Below are positions 43,793 to 55,100 of a stretch of DNA of 64,000 bases, in pieces. The translations under genes and the position numbers were made by a program. How positions within the stretch are numbered: the first letter of the stretch is position 1; each line of letters starts with the position of its first letter. The notes beneath the pieces were generated by a model. That model searched no databases. It had not been told where the DNA came from and saw only the letters and a list, made by a program, of their open reading frames with translations. The DNA is taken from NCBI GenBank assembly GCA_964436055.1, contig CAYTBO010000003.1, forward strand, positions 537 to 64,536, written 5' to 3'. The DNA is from an uncultured Ohtaekwangia sp. Its GTDB lineage: Bacteria > Bacteroidota > Bacteroidia > Cytophagales > Cyclobacteriaceae.

Positions 43793-45580
43793 TCAATTTT
43801 CCACCTCAGCGGATTGCATTTGTTTCTCATAAAGTTCACGATACACACCGCCGGAAGACATCAGGCTTTCATGTGTTCCTTCTTCAATAATTAACCCATC
43901 GTCCAGCACAATAATCTTGTTGGCCAACTTGGCGGAGGATACCCGATGTGAAATGATAATGCTTGTTCTACCCTCCATTATTTTTTTCATGCTGTTGAGA
44001 ATGGTATTTTCAGTATGAGTATCCACAGCAGAAAGGGCATCGTCGAGAATTAATATTTTTGGTTCGCGGGCAACGGCCCTTGCAATAGACACGCGTTGCT
44101 TTTGTCCGCCGGATAGGGTGATGCCTCGTTCGCCTACCCGGGTCATGAATCCCTGAGGAAATCCCATAATGTTATCATAAACATCCGCATCAACAGCAGC
44201 TTTTTTCACCTTTTCTTCATCCGGATCGTTTACGCCGAAAGCGATGTTGTTATAAATAGTGTCGCTGAATAGAAAAACATCCTGAGGCACGAAGCCCAGC
44301 TGACTTCTGATGGAAACCAGGTCGTAGCTTTTAATCGATAGGTCGTCTATTCGTATTTCACCTTTAGTAGCATCATAGAGTCTTCCTATCAGGCTGGCAA
44401 TGGTGCTTTTACCCGATCCCGTTGTGCCAATGATGGCTAACGACTCTCCAGGATTTACCGTAAATGAAACACCTTTCAACGCGGTAATGCCGGTATCCGG
44501 ATACTCGAACGTGACCTGGCTGAATTCTATTTTACCTTCAATGTCCCTGATCAGGTTTTCAGTGGAGACAATTTCTGTTTTGGTTTTCAAGAATTCATTA
44601 ATTCTTTTTTGGGAAGCCTCAGCTCGTTGTACCAAGCTGCTTGTCCACCCAAGCGAAGCGACAGGCCAGGTAAGGAGATTTACATAAATGATGAACTCGG
44701 CAATGTTTCCGAACGTCAGCGAACCATTGATTACCTCCACACCTCCTGCATATATGGCCAGGATGGTACTGAGACCGATTAAACCGGTGATAAGAGGGAA
44801 AAACAAAGATTGGACTTTGGTTAGTTTTAAGGATTGCCGCTTGTATTCATCACTTTCTTTTGAAAAATTATTGATGGACTCTTTCTCTCTCGTAAAAGAT
44901 TTTAACACCCTGATGCCGGAGAATGCCTCCTGAACAAACGTACTTAGCCTGGATTGACTTCGTTGTATCTCTTCACTTCTTCTTTCTACAATATTGTTTA
45001 CGTAATAAATGCTGAACGATAGAATGGGCAGAGGGATAAGGGAATACCAGGTAAGCATAGGGCTTATCGCAAACATGATTGGGATAAGCATAATGAAAAG
45101 CGTTACAAGTTGAAGCCCATACATAATGGAAGGTCCCAGGTACATCCTTACGCGCCCCACATCTTCAGAGATTCTATTCATTAAATCCCCCGTATTATTT
45201 CTCCGGTAGAAACTGAGCGGAAGCGTTTGGTAGTGTTCAAAAATTTCGTTCTTAAGGTCATACTCAATCAGACGGCTCATCACAATCAGGGTTTGCCGCA
45301 CGAAATAGAGAAAAACACCGCGCAGCAAGGCCATGACCAAAATCAGTACGGCGTAGACTAAAATACCGTAGGCAAATACTTCAAAAAAGTCATTTTGAAC
45401 GTTTACCTGGTCAAAGGAATTATAGAGTTTGATATTGTCGATTACCAAATCAATGGCGTATCGAACCATTTGTGCTGGTAAAATCTGGAATACGTTGGAA
45501 ATAATGACAAAAACTGTTCCCCAGATAATGTGCCATTTGTATTTAAGGAGGTATTTGTTGAGGTATTTAAGTTCCTTCAT
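43793..45580 (-). CDS. ABC exporter half-transporter (MdlA-like)
   Basis: GTTGSGKS, canonical LSGGQKQ, degenerate Walker B ILILDDALSAVD, ISHRVS. Confidence 0.92.
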   Translation of the reverse strand: MKELKYLNKYLLKYKWHIIWGTVFVIISNVFQILPAQMVRYAIDLVIDNIKLYNSFDQVNVQNDFFEVFAYGILVYAVLILVMALLRGVFLYFVRQTLIVMSRLIEYDLKNEIFEHYQTLPLSFYRRNNTGDLMNRISEDVGRVRMYLGPSIMYGLQLVTLFIMLIPIMFAISPMLTWYSLIPLPILSFSIYYVNNIVERRSEEIQRSQSRLSTFVQEAFSGIRVLKSFTREKESINNFSKESDEYKRQSLKLTKVQSLFFPLITGLIGLSTILAIYAGGVEVINGSLTFGNIAEFIIYVNLLTWPVASLGWTSSLVQRAEASQKRINEFLKTKTEIVSTENLIRDIEGKIEFSQVTFEYPDTGITALKGVSFTVNPGESLAIIGTTGSGKSTIASLIGRLYDATKGEIRIDDLSIKSYDLVSIRSQLGFVPQDVFLFSDTIYNNIAFGVNDPDEEKVKKAAVDADVYDNIMGFPQGFMTRVGERGITLSGGQKQRVSIARAVAREPKILILDDALSAVDTHTENTILNSMKKIMEGRTSIIISHRVSSAKLANKIIVLDDGLIIEEGTHESLMSSGGVYRELYEKQMQSAEVEN

Positions 45581-45649
45581 GAAATAAAATTGGCTCGAAC
45601 TATTAAAAACAGAAGAATGTTGTTTTGGTTCATTTCAATCGATTTCGGC

Positions 45650-45681
45650 TTTGTTAAAAAAGAAGAAAAAGAATAGTTTTG
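45650..45681 (+). promoter_or_regulatory. Bacteroidota housekeeping sigma promoter
   Basis: TTTG (45650-45653) N20 TAGTTTTG (45674-45681). Confidence 0.7.
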
Positions 45682-45755
45682 CCCGCACACTTCCTGTTCC
45701 CGGAGTTTAACGAGCGAGGGCAAAAGTAGTTATTCAAAATCTAAATAAGATATCT

Positions 45756-46856
45756 ATGGAAATTAAAGAAATAGTAACCTTGCAACAGGAAGGTGTGTTC
45801 GAAATGGCGGCACAATTTGGTCACGAGCAGGTAGTGCATTGTTACGATGAAGCGACCGGATTGAAAGCGCTGATTGCCATTCACAACACCACGCTGGGTC
45901 CCGCACTGGGGGGTACGCGCATGTGGCACTACACGGCAGAACAGGAAGCGCTCACCGACGGGTTGCGATTGTCGCGGGGAATGACGTTTAAGGCAGCCAT
46001 CAGCGGATTGAATCTCGGAGGAGGTAAAGCCGTATTAATCGGCGATGCCAGGACGATGAAGACTGAGGCTTACCTACGCAGATTTGGGAAATTCATACAG
46101 AGCCTTGGCGGAAAATATTGGACCGCTGAAGATGTGAACATGAAGACTTCCGATATGGAGTACATCGGAATGGAAACGAAATATGTCACAGGCCTTCCTG
46201 AAACGATGGGGGGCGGAGGCGATCCCTCCCCGGTTACGGCTTATGGAACCTACCTGGGCATGAAAGCTACCGCCAAAAAAGTTTTCGGAAGCGATGATCT
46301 AAGTGGAAAGAAAATTGGCGTACAGGGAGTTGGTCAGGTAGGCACTTACCTGGTGGAGCTGCTTGTAAAAGAAAAAGCTAAAGTGGTGATCACCGATATC
46401 TACGAGGATAAAGTGAAAGAGGTAGCAAAGCGATTTGGCGTAGACACAATAGCACAGGATAAAATATACGATCTTGACATGGATATCTACTCGCCTTGTG
46501 CGCTCGGCGCTACGTTGAATGATGACACCATTCCAAGACTGAAGTGTGCCATCGTAGCCGGGGGAGCCAACAATCAATTGAAAGATGAGATTAAACACGG
46601 ATACATGTTGTTGGACAAAAGCATTACGTATGCTCCGGATTTTCTTATCAATGCCGGAGGTCTTATCAATGTTTATAATGAGTACCTGGGCAACTACAAC
46701 CGTGAGCGTACCTACAAACAGGCAGAAAAAATTTATGATACCTGTTTAAATATTCTCAACCTGGCCGAACAAGAAAAAATCACCAGCCAGGAGGCCGCTA
46801 TTCATTTGGCAGAGAAAAGAATAGAAGAAGTCGGTCGGGTGCGTATCCCCAGATAA
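45756..46856 (+). CDS. Glu/Leu/Phe/Val dehydrogenase (leucine dehydrogenase-like)
   Basis: LGPALGGTRM, GMTFK, GGGKAV, TAEDV, GDPS..TAYG, GVGQVG, AGGANNQL and NAGGLI motifs. Confidence 0.95.
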   Translation: MEIKEIVTLQQEGVFEMAAQFGHEQVVHCYDEATGLKALIAIHNTTLGPALGGTRMWHYTAEQEALTDGLRLSRGMTFKAAISGLNLGGGKAVLIGDARTMKTEAYLRRFGKFIQSLGGKYWTAEDVNMKTSDMEYIGMETKYVTGLPETMGGGGDPSPVTAYGTYLGMKATAKKVFGSDDLSGKKIGVQGVGQVGTYLVELLVKEKAKVVITDIYEDKVKEVAKRFGVDTIAQDKIYDLDMDIYSPCALGATLNDDTIPRLKCAIVAGGANNQLKDEIKHGYMLLDKSITYAPDFLINAGGLINVYNEYLGNYNRERTYKQAEKIYDTCLNILNLAEQEKITSQEAAIHLAEKRIEEVGRVRIPR

Positions 46857-46938
46857 ATCCGATAAATAACCTCAAAACCAGGTTTTACTTTTTGCAACAT
46901 TACACGTAGTTTTGCAGCTTAATAACGTTCATTGAATC

Positions 46939-48069
46939 ATGCTGAACAGGCGTACGCTTCGTGCTAAAATTATGCAAAGTCTATTTGCCTTTGAGCAATG
47001 TAAGGAAGCAAACAATGAATTGGCAATTGATTTAATCGACCAACGTTTTTCTCCCAACCTCAATTCCATGGAGGTACAGGACAAACCTCAGCTTAAGAAG
47101 CAGAACAAGGAAGCCAAAGCGCTTTATATTAAAAACTTTAAAAAAACAGATACCGTCGTCAGCCAGGATGAAGCGGTTAGCAAAACAGTTGCCGAAGCCC
47201 TTACGTTTAATGAGAACCAGACAAAAAAAGACTTTAACTTTTTGAGGAAGAATCTTGCTATAGAGGTGGAGAAGATCAACCATTGGTATTATCATGTTCT
47301 TGGACTTGTTCTGGCATTCGCTGCACTGGCCAGGTCTGACAAAAAATCGGATTATTCTAATTTTTCGGACAACCCATTCATTCTTGCACTTAAGAATGAT
47401 ACAGTTTTTAATGCCTTACTTTTAAAAACCAATACGGGTTGGGAAAATGAACACTCCCTTGTTCAGGCTTGGTTTCGCGCTATAATTAAAACGGACAATA
47501 CTTTTACGGAGTACATCAAAAAAGATTCTCCCTCCGTTGATGAGCATAAGACTGCGATCAAATACATTGTACGCAAACTGATACTGGGAGACACGGCTAT
47601 CAATGACTATTTTTTAGAAAGAAATATTCATTGGACCGAAGATCATGATATTGTAAAGAGTCTTGTAGAAAAAACCATCAAGTCAATCGATGAAAACGGG
47701 AAAATTCAGATTCAGAAATTGTCGATGGACTGGGAAGATGATCTGGTATTTATGAATACCTTGTTCGAAAAAACAACGCAACTCGATACCCGAAATAAAG
47801 AATTGATATCTAAGAATACGCGCAACTGGGAAGTTGACAGGTTGCCGCTTACCGATCGAATTATCCTGGAGATGGCGATTACAGAACTAATCAATTTCCC
47901 GTCTATCCCCGTCAAAGTAAGCATTAACGAATACATCGAATTGACCAAGCAATACAGTACCCCGAAAAGCGCAAAATTTGTCAATGGAATTCTGGATGTA
48001 ATAGCCAAGGATTTAGTTGCCTCCGGGCACGTGAAAAAGAGTGGCCGCGGCTTGATTGATAACAAATAA
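46939..48069 (+). CDS. nusB: Transcription antitermination factor NusB (long Bacteroidota type)
   Basis: MLNRRTLR.K.MQ.L N-terminus; IP.KVSINEYIEL.K.YS...S..FVNGILD C-terminus. Confidence 0.95.
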   Translation: MLNRRTLRAKIMQSLFAFEQCKEANNELAIDLIDQRFSPNLNSMEVQDKPQLKKQNKEAKALYIKNFKKTDTVVSQDEAVSKTVAEALTFNENQTKKDFNFLRKNLAIEVEKINHWYYHVLGLVLAFAALARSDKKSDYSNFSDNPFILALKNDTVFNALLLKTNTGWENEHSLVQAWFRAIIKTDNTFTEYIKKDSPSVDEHKTAIKYIVRKLILGDTAINDYFLERNIHWTEDHDIVKSLVEKTIKSIDENGKIQIQKLSMDWEDDLVFMNTLFEKTTQLDTRNKELISKNTRNWEVDRLPLTDRIILEMAITELINFPSIPVKVSINEYIELTKQYSTPKSAKFVNGILDVIAKDLVASGHVKKSGRGLIDNK

Positions 48070-48154
48070 GGAACCCCCGGGAAAGCCTTAAATGCTACTG
48101 GCAGTGGACTATTTGCTATTTCGTGTTATCTTTACTCTCCCAAATTGTTGAAAT

Positions 48155-48463
48155 ATGAGTAAAAAGAGTGGAGCTATGTTGGCGTTTTTATCGGGTGCAG
48201 CCCTGGGGGCTATTTTAGGCATATTATATGCCCCCGACAAGGGTACTAACACCCGGGAAAAACTCTCCTTTAAACTCGACAAATACAGGGATATGCTGGA
48301 GCAGATGTTGGACGATTTGGTAAAGGGAAAAGAAACACCCCTTACAACAGAAGCAAAATCACAGGGGGCAAAGGTTGTATCGGAAGCCAAAAATAAAGCA
48401 GAAAGGCTCCTGGAAGACGTTGACGATTTGCTATCTCAAATCAGAGGAACTGAAAAGAGTTAA
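48155..48463 (+). CDS. YtxH domain protein
   Basis: GAALGAILGILYAPDKG.NTR motif. Confidence 0.92.
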   Translation: MSKKSGAMLAFLSGAALGAILGILYAPDKGTNTREKLSFKLDKYRDMLEQMLDDLVKGKETPLTTEAKSQGAKVVSEAKNKAERLLEDVDDLLSQIRGTEKS

Positions 48464-48542
48464 TGAATTGTTAATTAAGCTTGTTGGCTGGCAAGTACAT
48501 CCAACAGCAGTTAATTTTGTTAAATAAACTAAAGGAGGAATT

Positions 48543-49082
48543 ATGAAAATTATGAATCGTGTTGTTATGGTGATTTTTGCCTTTGCCCTTTTGGCAAGTT
48601 GCAAGGATCGCGCTGCTGAAAAAAGAATTGCAGAGCTGGAAAGCAGACTAAGCCAGCTTGAAGGAAATGGTGGTGCTGCTGCAAGTCCGGCCGCTACACC
48701 TGTATCCACTCCGGTTGCAGAAGAAAAACCTGAAGGCCCACTTCCTGTTATGGCTTTCGACAAAACAGATCATGACTTTGGGACTATCCGGGAAGGGGAG
48801 AAAGTAACGTATACGTACTCTTTTAAGAATAACGGAGAAGCACCCCTGATCATTCAGAATGCACAACCGTCTTGCGGATGTACAGTGCCGGATTGGTCGA
48901 AAGAACCCATTCCTGTAGGAGGAACCGGTTTTGTTAAAGCGGAGTTTGACAGCAACGGTAAACCAAATATTCAAAATAAAACCATTACCGTAACGGCCAA
49001 CACATGGCCCAAGGTAACTACCCTACGATTTAAGGCGATGGTTACACCTAAGGCTTCCGGAGACAACGGTCCCACTAGATAA
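48543..49082 (+). CDS. DUF1573 domain lipoprotein
   Basis: Lipobox LASC; HDFGTI..G, PSCGCTVP, K.I.V.AN motifs. Confidence 0.92.
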   Translation: MKIMNRVVMVIFAFALLASCKDRAAEKRIAELESRLSQLEGNGGAAASPAATPVSTPVAEEKPEGPLPVMAFDKTDHDFGTIREGEKVTYTYSFKNNGEAPLIIQNAQPSCGCTVPDWSKEPIPVGGTGFVKAEFDSNGKPNIQNKTITVTANTWPKVTTLRFKAMVTPKASGDNGPTR

Positions 49083-49103
49083 TATTAACTTAATAAACTT
49101 GTG

Positions 49104-49137
49104 AAACATCCCAGGCTCTGTTGAGTTTGGGATGTTT
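49104..49137. terminator. Stem-loop between DUF1573 and yajC (possible terminator)
   Basis: AAACATCCCAGGCTC-TGTT-GAGTTTGGGATGTTT 15-bp stem with two G:U pairs; weak U-tail. Confidence 0.45.
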
Positions 49138-49158
49138 GCTGTTATTAGGATAACTTTG
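49126..49158 (+). promoter_or_regulatory. Internal promoter for yajC
   Basis: TTTG (49126-49129) N21 TAACTTTG (49151-49158). Confidence 0.6.
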
Positions 49159-49180
49159 CTGACTAAAATTATTTATTCAA

Positions 49181-49492
49181 ATGGATTACGCAATATTATT
49201 ACAAGCTCAGCAAGGCAGCGGATGGACATCAATGGTCTTTATGTTGGCTATCGTGGTGGTATTCTACTTTTTTATGATCAGGCCACAACAGAAAAAGGCA
49301 AAGGACCAAAAGAAGTTTGTTGAAGAGGTTAAAAAGGGTGATTTTATCATAACAATAGGTGGAATGCACGGCCGAATCGCCGAATTGGAAGGAGATACCT
49401 TTGTGTTGGAGGTTGAAAAAGGCGGCCGAATAAAATTCAACAAATCCGCCATATCGATGGAGTCAACGAAGGCTATTGCCGGCAAAAAATAA
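49181..49492 (+). CDS. yajC: Preprotein translocase subunit YajC
   Basis: FYFFMIRPQQKK and GD.I.TIGG.HG motifs. Confidence 0.96.
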   Translation: MDYAILLQAQQGSGWTSMVFMLAIVVVFYFFMIRPQQKKAKDQKKFVEEVKKGDFIITIGGMHGRIAELEGDTFVLEVEKGGRIKFNKSAISMESTKAIAGKK

Positions 49493-50456
49493 CAACTCAG
49501 ATGTGAATTTTTTTCGCGTCATCGTCAATCTATTTCATTTCAACCGCACCAATTGGAAGGCTGTTTCGCTGTGTTTTCTTGCAGCGATGGTCTTTTGGTT
49601 CTTCAATGCACTTAACAAAAATTATTCGACCAATCTTCGCTTTGCGGTAAATTTTGAATTTGATGAAAGTCGGTATGTTCCGGTAGACCCAATGCCCTCA
49701 GCAGTTTTCATGAATGTAAGTGGAAATGGCTGGGATCTCTTAAGAAAAACCCTGGGTGTAAATGTTCCCAATATGAATATTCCTTTGGAACGCCCCACAG
49801 AGGTAAGGAAAATTGTAGGAAGTACCTTACCAGCGCTTCTGGCAGGTCAGTTAGGAAGTCTGCAAATCAATCACGTTGTCACAGATACGTTATACCTGTC
49901 TGTAGATACAAGGGTCCATAAAAAAATTAAAGTGATTGCCGATGAAGGAGGATTTTCATTTTTATCAGGATTTGGAAGGTTGAGCCCAATCGTTGTACTT
50001 CCTGATTCGGTTGACCTGGAAGGACCCAGAAGTATACTTGCCGGCCTTCCTGATTCGGTAATGCTGACCATTACTGCTGAAAATATTGATAAAGACTATC
50101 GCGGTGAAGCGGAAGTAATACTGCCCAACGGAAATTTGATCAGAAGAGATCCTGCCATTGTTGAGGTAATGTTTGAAGTGACTGAATTTGCAGAAGTTGA
50201 GAAAATGCTGCGATTGGAAATTCACAATACCCCACCTGGTGCCAGATTGAATATGGGCATAGATAGTATTCGATGTCTTGTACGAATACCGGCGAATCAG
50301 TTGGAGGATTTTATGTTAGGCTCTGGGACTGAGGTTGGTATTCTCAATCTTAAAGGTATGAAGCGGGGAGAAATAAGACTTTTACCGCAGGTAGAAGGGC
50401 TGCCTAAAAACGCCAAACTTTTGCACGTAGACTCTGTCGCCATAAGGTTGTACTGA
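49476..50456 (+). CDS. YbbR/CdaR-like domain protein
   Basis: N-terminal TM (FL.A..FWFFNAL.K.Y), P..V.L.GP.S; conserved position between yajC and coaE. Confidence 0.75.
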   Translation: MPAKNNNSDVNFFRVIVNLFHFNRTNWKAVSLCFLAAMVFWFFNALNKNYSTNLRFAVNFEFDESRYVPVDPMPSAVFMNVSGNGWDLLRKTLGVNVPNMNIPLERPTEVRKIVGSTLPALLAGQLGSLQINHVVTDTLYLSVDTRVHKKIKVIADEGGFSFLSGFGRLSPIVVLPDSVDLEGPRSILAGLPDSVMLTITAENIDKDYRGEAEVILPNGNLIRRDPAIVEVMFEVTEFAEVEKMLRLEIHNTPPGARLNMGIDSIRCLVRIPANQLEDFMLGSGTEVGILNLKGMKRGEIRLLPQVEGLPKNAKLLHVDSVAIRLY

Positions 50457-50474
50457 TTCATCATAATTTATCTC

Positions 50475-51074
50475 ATGAAGAAGCCGTTAGAGGTTGGAAT
50501 AACTGGTGGAATCGGTTGCGGGAAGACATGGGTATGCAGGATTTTCGGTAGCCTTGGAATTCCCTTATACGATGCTGACAGCCGAGCGAAAAATCTAATG
50601 ACCACTGACAGAATACTGGTTGAACAAATCAAAAAGGAATTCGGAAGTTTGTCGTACAATGAGGCAGGTGGCCTTAACAAGGAGCACCTGAGGAGAGCAT
50701 TTGGAGACTCGCAGGCACTCCAGAGGCTGAATGAGTTGGTTCACCCGCGCGTTGCGATTGATTATGCAACCTGGGTTAAGCAACAATACGGCTTTAACTA
50801 TGTTATTAAAGAGGCAGCCCTGTTGATTGAATCAGGATCTGCAGAAAAATTGGATAAATTAATAGTTGTTTTTGCCCCCAAATCGTTACGTATCCAGAGA
50901 ATCTTAAAAAGAGACCCCAATCGCACTCCAGAGGAAATAGAAAACATCATACGAAACCAAATGGACGAACAGGAGAAGGTGAAGAAAGCAGACTACGTAA
51001 TTGTAAACGATGAATCCAGATTGGTCATTCCGCAAGTGCTGGTTTTACATGATCGGTTCAATTTGATGAACTAA
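50475..51074 (+). CDS. coaE: Dephospho-CoA kinase
   Basis: VGITGGIGCGKT, YDAD, LVHPRV and EAALLIE motifs. Confidence 0.96.
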   Translation: MKKPLEVGITGGIGCGKTWVCRIFGSLGIPLYDADSRAKNLMTTDRILVEQIKKEFGSLSYNEAGGLNKEHLRRAFGDSQALQRLNELVHPRVAIDYATWVKQQYGFNYVIKEAALLIESGSAEKLDKLIVVFAPKSLRIQRILKRDPNRTPEEIENIIRNQMDEQEKVKKADYVIVNDESRLVIPQVLVLHDRFNLMN

Positions 51075-51104
51075 AATTCAGATTCCTTTATTCTAGCCTA
51101 GCCG

Positions 51105-52175
51105 ATGAGAAATAAAATAATATCCGTTGCCGTGGTTTTAGGCATCATTGTGCTTTTGGCACTACCCAAGCTAAAGCTTTGGAGCACCGGCAAGGAAGGG
51201 CCGGCTGTAAAAGCGTCCGGACTAAATAGCCCTGGGAAACTTACGGTTGAAACTATGGTGGTAAGACCTACCAGATTGGATAACGTGGTGGTGATAACGG
51301 GATCAGTTCAGGCAAATGAATCGCTGGAACTGAAGGGTGAGACTGGGGGAAAAATTACGAAAATATATTTTAGTGAAGGTAAAGCTGTAAGAAAAGGTGA
51401 CCTGCTCGTGCAGGTTAATGATGAAGAGATAAAGGCGGAACTTATCAAACAGAAATTTAACAGGAAACTTAATCAAGATATTGAATTCAGACAACGCAAG
51501 TTGCTGGAGAAGGATGCTATTAGTCAGGAAGAGTACGAAAATGCACTTAATAGGCTCAATACCGTCAAAGCAGATATTACCGTGCTTGAAGCACAATTGG
51601 AAAAAACTAAAGTAAGGGCACCATTTGATGGAATCATCGGACTTCGATACGTGAGCGAAGGCGCACTAATTTCAACTACCACCGCCATAGCTAATCTGTA
51701 CAACATTAGCCCTGCAAAAATAGAATTTGCAATACCTGGCAGATACAGCATGCAGGTGAAGTCCGGCCAAAAAATAAAATTTACAGTAGAAAGCGATACC
51801 AGCACGTTTGAAGGTGAGGTTTATGCTGTTGAGCCTCAAATCGATGCCAATACACGAACCCTTAAAATTAGGGCATTGGCAGAAAATACAAAGGGGCTCC
51901 TGTTACCCGGTCAGTTTGTTAGGGTTGAATTGATCCTGGGCACCACGAATAATGCGATGCTGGTACCAACCGAAGCTGTAATACCTGAACTGAATGGATA
52001 TAAGGTTTTTGTTTCAAACAATGGGAAGGCACAGGAAGTTATTGTTCAGACGGGTATTAGAAGTAACACGCAACTGGAAATTATTTCGGGCCTGAAAATG
52101 CAAGACACTGTAATAACAACAGGGATATTGCAATTGCGCACCGGGATGGATATTCAGATTACTAAAACGAATTAA
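51105..52175 (+). CDS. RND efflux periplasmic adaptor (MFP)
   Basis: GKITKIYFSEG..V.KGD.L, VRAPFDGIIG, LLPGQFVRV and LVP.EAV motifs. Confidence 0.93.
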   Translation: MRNKIISVAVVLGIIVLLALPKLKLWSTGKEGPAVKASGLNSPGKLTVETMVVRPTRLDNVVVITGSVQANESLELKGETGGKITKIYFSEGKAVRKGDLLVQVNDEEIKAELIKQKFNRKLNQDIEFRQRKLLEKDAISQEEYENALNRLNTVKADITVLEAQLEKTKVRAPFDGIIGLRYVSEGALISTTTAIANLYNISPAKIEFAIPGRYSMQVKSGQKIKFTVESDTSTFEGEVYAVEPQIDANTRTLKIRALAENTKGLLLPGQFVRVELILGTTNNAMLVPTEAVIPELNGYKVFVSNNGKAQEVIVQTGIRSNTQLEIISGLKMQDTVITTGILQLRTGMDIQITKTN

Positions 52176-52180
52176 GAAGT

Positions 52181-55100
52181 ATGGCAAGTTTATCCAACAT
52201 AAGCATAAACCGCCCTGTACTGGCGATGGTGTTTTCACTGGTAATCGTATTGTTTGGAATAATTGGATTCAGTTATCTTGGAGTGAGGGAATTTCCAAGT
52301 GTAGATCCACCCGTCATTTCAGTGTCAACGTCATACATCGGGGCAAATTCTGATGTGGTGGAATCTCAGATCACCGAACCATTGGAAGATGCAATTAATG
52401 GCATTGCGGGTGTTCGTACCATCAGTTCCTCCAGCCGTGAAGGTCGCAGTAATATTTCCATTGAATTTGAATTGGGTGTAGACCTTGAAGCTGCGGCCAA
52501 TGATGTGCGGGATAAAGTATCAGGAGCGATTCGCAACCTACCCCCCGATGTAGATCCGCCTGTTGTTTCAAAAGCAGATGCGGATTCTCAGGCAATCATT
52601 TACCTCACCGTGATGAGCGGAAAGCGAAACCTGCTTGAACTTTCAAGAATTGCCGGAATTTATTTTAAGGAAAGGCTCCAGACGATTCCGGGAGTAAGTA
52701 CTATCAATGTGTGGGGAGAACAAAAATACTCCATGAGGTTGTGGATGGACCCCATCCGTCTTGCCGGGCTTAAGTTGACGCCAACTGACGTATTTCAGGC
52801 TGTGAACCGTGAAAACGTTGAGCTTCCTAGTGGACGAATTGAAGGTCAAAACACTGAATTGACTGTTCGTACTATGGGGCGCCTTAATTCAGTTGATGAT
52901 TTTAATAACCTGATTGTAAAGGAAGATGGGGATCAGGTAGTTCGCTTTCAGGATATTGGATATGCACAGCTCTATGCAGAGAATGATAGAACATTAATGC
53001 GTAGGGATGGTGTTCCCGGCGTGGCCATTGCGGTAGTTGCCCAGCCGGGAGCAAACAACATTGAGATTGCAGATAATCTTTACAAAAAATTGGCACAAAT
53101 AGAAAAAGACCTGCCCGAAGATGTAAGCTGGGTAGTTAGTCACGATTCCACCGAATTTATTCGCTCATCAATTAACGAAGTTCAGGAGACTATCATCATT
53201 GCTTTCAGCCTTGTGCTTATTATCATTTTTTTATTCCTAAGGGACTGGCGTACTACTTTGATTCCGGTAGTCACCATTCCGATTTCACTAATCGGATGTT
53301 TTTTTGTCATGTATCTTTTAGGATTCACCATCAACGTACTTACCATGCTGGGCATTGTACTGGCTATTGGTTTGGTGGTTGATGATGCCATTGTTGTACT
53401 CGAGAACATCTACACCAAAGTAGAAGAAGGGAATGACCCCAAAGAAGCTGCAAGAAAAGGATCGGTAGAAATTTATTTTGCCGTTATATCCACTACCATT
53501 GCCGTTGTGGCGGTGTTTCTCCCTGTGATATTTTTGGAAGGGCTCACGGGTAGACTCTTTCGGGAGTTTGGATTGGTTGTAGCGAGTGCAGTGGCCATTT
53601 CATCTTTTGTGTCGCTTACACTCACACCCATGATGAGTTCAAAACTCCTCAAGAAAAGACAAGTACAGCCCTGGCTATATCGCAAAACAGAACCGTTTTT
53701 TAATTCACTTTCATCCTCCTATGCGAAAACGCTGCAAGGATTTATGAAAAGAAGATGGCTTGCTTTTGTAATTATATTCATTTCCGGATTGGCGATTTTT
53801 ACGTTGATCAACTCTCTTCCCTCAGAATTGTCGCCATTAGAAGATCGAAGCGAATTTCGTTTCCAGGCTCAGGCACCCGAAGGCGCCACATTTGAATATA
53901 TGGATGCTTATGTCTCAAACATGTATGATTTTGTGGCAGAAGAGGTTCCAGAGGCTCTTGGTGTTCTCAGCATTACAGCCCCAAGCTTTGGCGGAAGTGG
54001 TGGTGCAGCAAACAGCGGATTCCTAAAAGTAATGCTGGTAGACCCATCACAAAGAGAAAGAACCCAACAACAAATAGTGGACGATATAACACCAAAAGCG
54101 AGAAATTTTACCGGAGTAAGGACATTTGTTCAGCAATCTCAAACCATTGGCGATAGACGGGGTGGTTTCCCTGTTCAGATTGTAGTACAGGCTGCTGATA
54201 TTGAAAAATTAAAGGCTGCCCTTCCTAAGTTTTTAGAAAAAGCCAATGAAAGTCCCAAGTTCACTTTTGTAGACCTGGACCTGAAGTTCAATAAGCCAGA
54301 AATCAATATCATTATCAACCGAGACAAGGCACGAAACCTGGGGGTGAGTGTTATTGACATTTCTCAAACACTGCAGCTTGGACTGAGCGGCTCTCGATTT
54401 GGAAACTTCGTCATGGATGGAAAGCAATACCAGATCATTGGTCAGGTGGAGAGGAAAAACCGAAATGAGCCTTTGGATTTGAAAACATTGTATGTAAGGA
54501 ATAACCGAGGAGAAATAATTCAACTTGATAACCTGGTGACAATTGTTGAACAAAGCAGTCCTCCTCAATTGTATAGGTTCAACCGGTATTCATCAGCAAA
54601 AGTAAGTGCCCAACCAGCACCGGGTGTAGCCCTGGCTGAGGGTATTGAAGAAATGCAGAGAATTGCCAACGAAGTTTTAGACGAAACGTATAGTACTGAG
54701 TTATCAGGGGCATCACGTGAGTTTGCTGAGAGTTCATCAAGCATTTATCTCGCATTCTTGATGGCACTGGCAATCATTTACCTGGTATTAGCCGGTCAGT
54801 TTGAAAGCTTTAAAGATCCTTTGATAATTATGTTCACAGTGCCACTGGCTTTGGCGGGAGCGTTGATTTCACTTTGGTATTTCAATCAAACCATGAACAT
54901 CTTCAGCCAGATCGGGATCATTATGCTTATCGGACTGGTTACAAAAAATGGAATTTTGATTGTAGAATTTGCCAATCAACGCAAGGCACAAGGCATGAAG
55001 CTAATGGATGCTGTAATTGGTGCGGCAGAGTCGCGCTTTCGTCCTATTATCATGACCAGCTTGTCAACCATATTGGGCATTTTACCCATTGCGCTTGCAT

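Noticed and set aside
45677-45725. TTTTGCCC / GGGCAAAA inverted repeat as a leader riboswitch of leucine dehydrogenase
   Set aside because: The left arm overlaps the -7 element and would be mostly untranscribed; no known motif.
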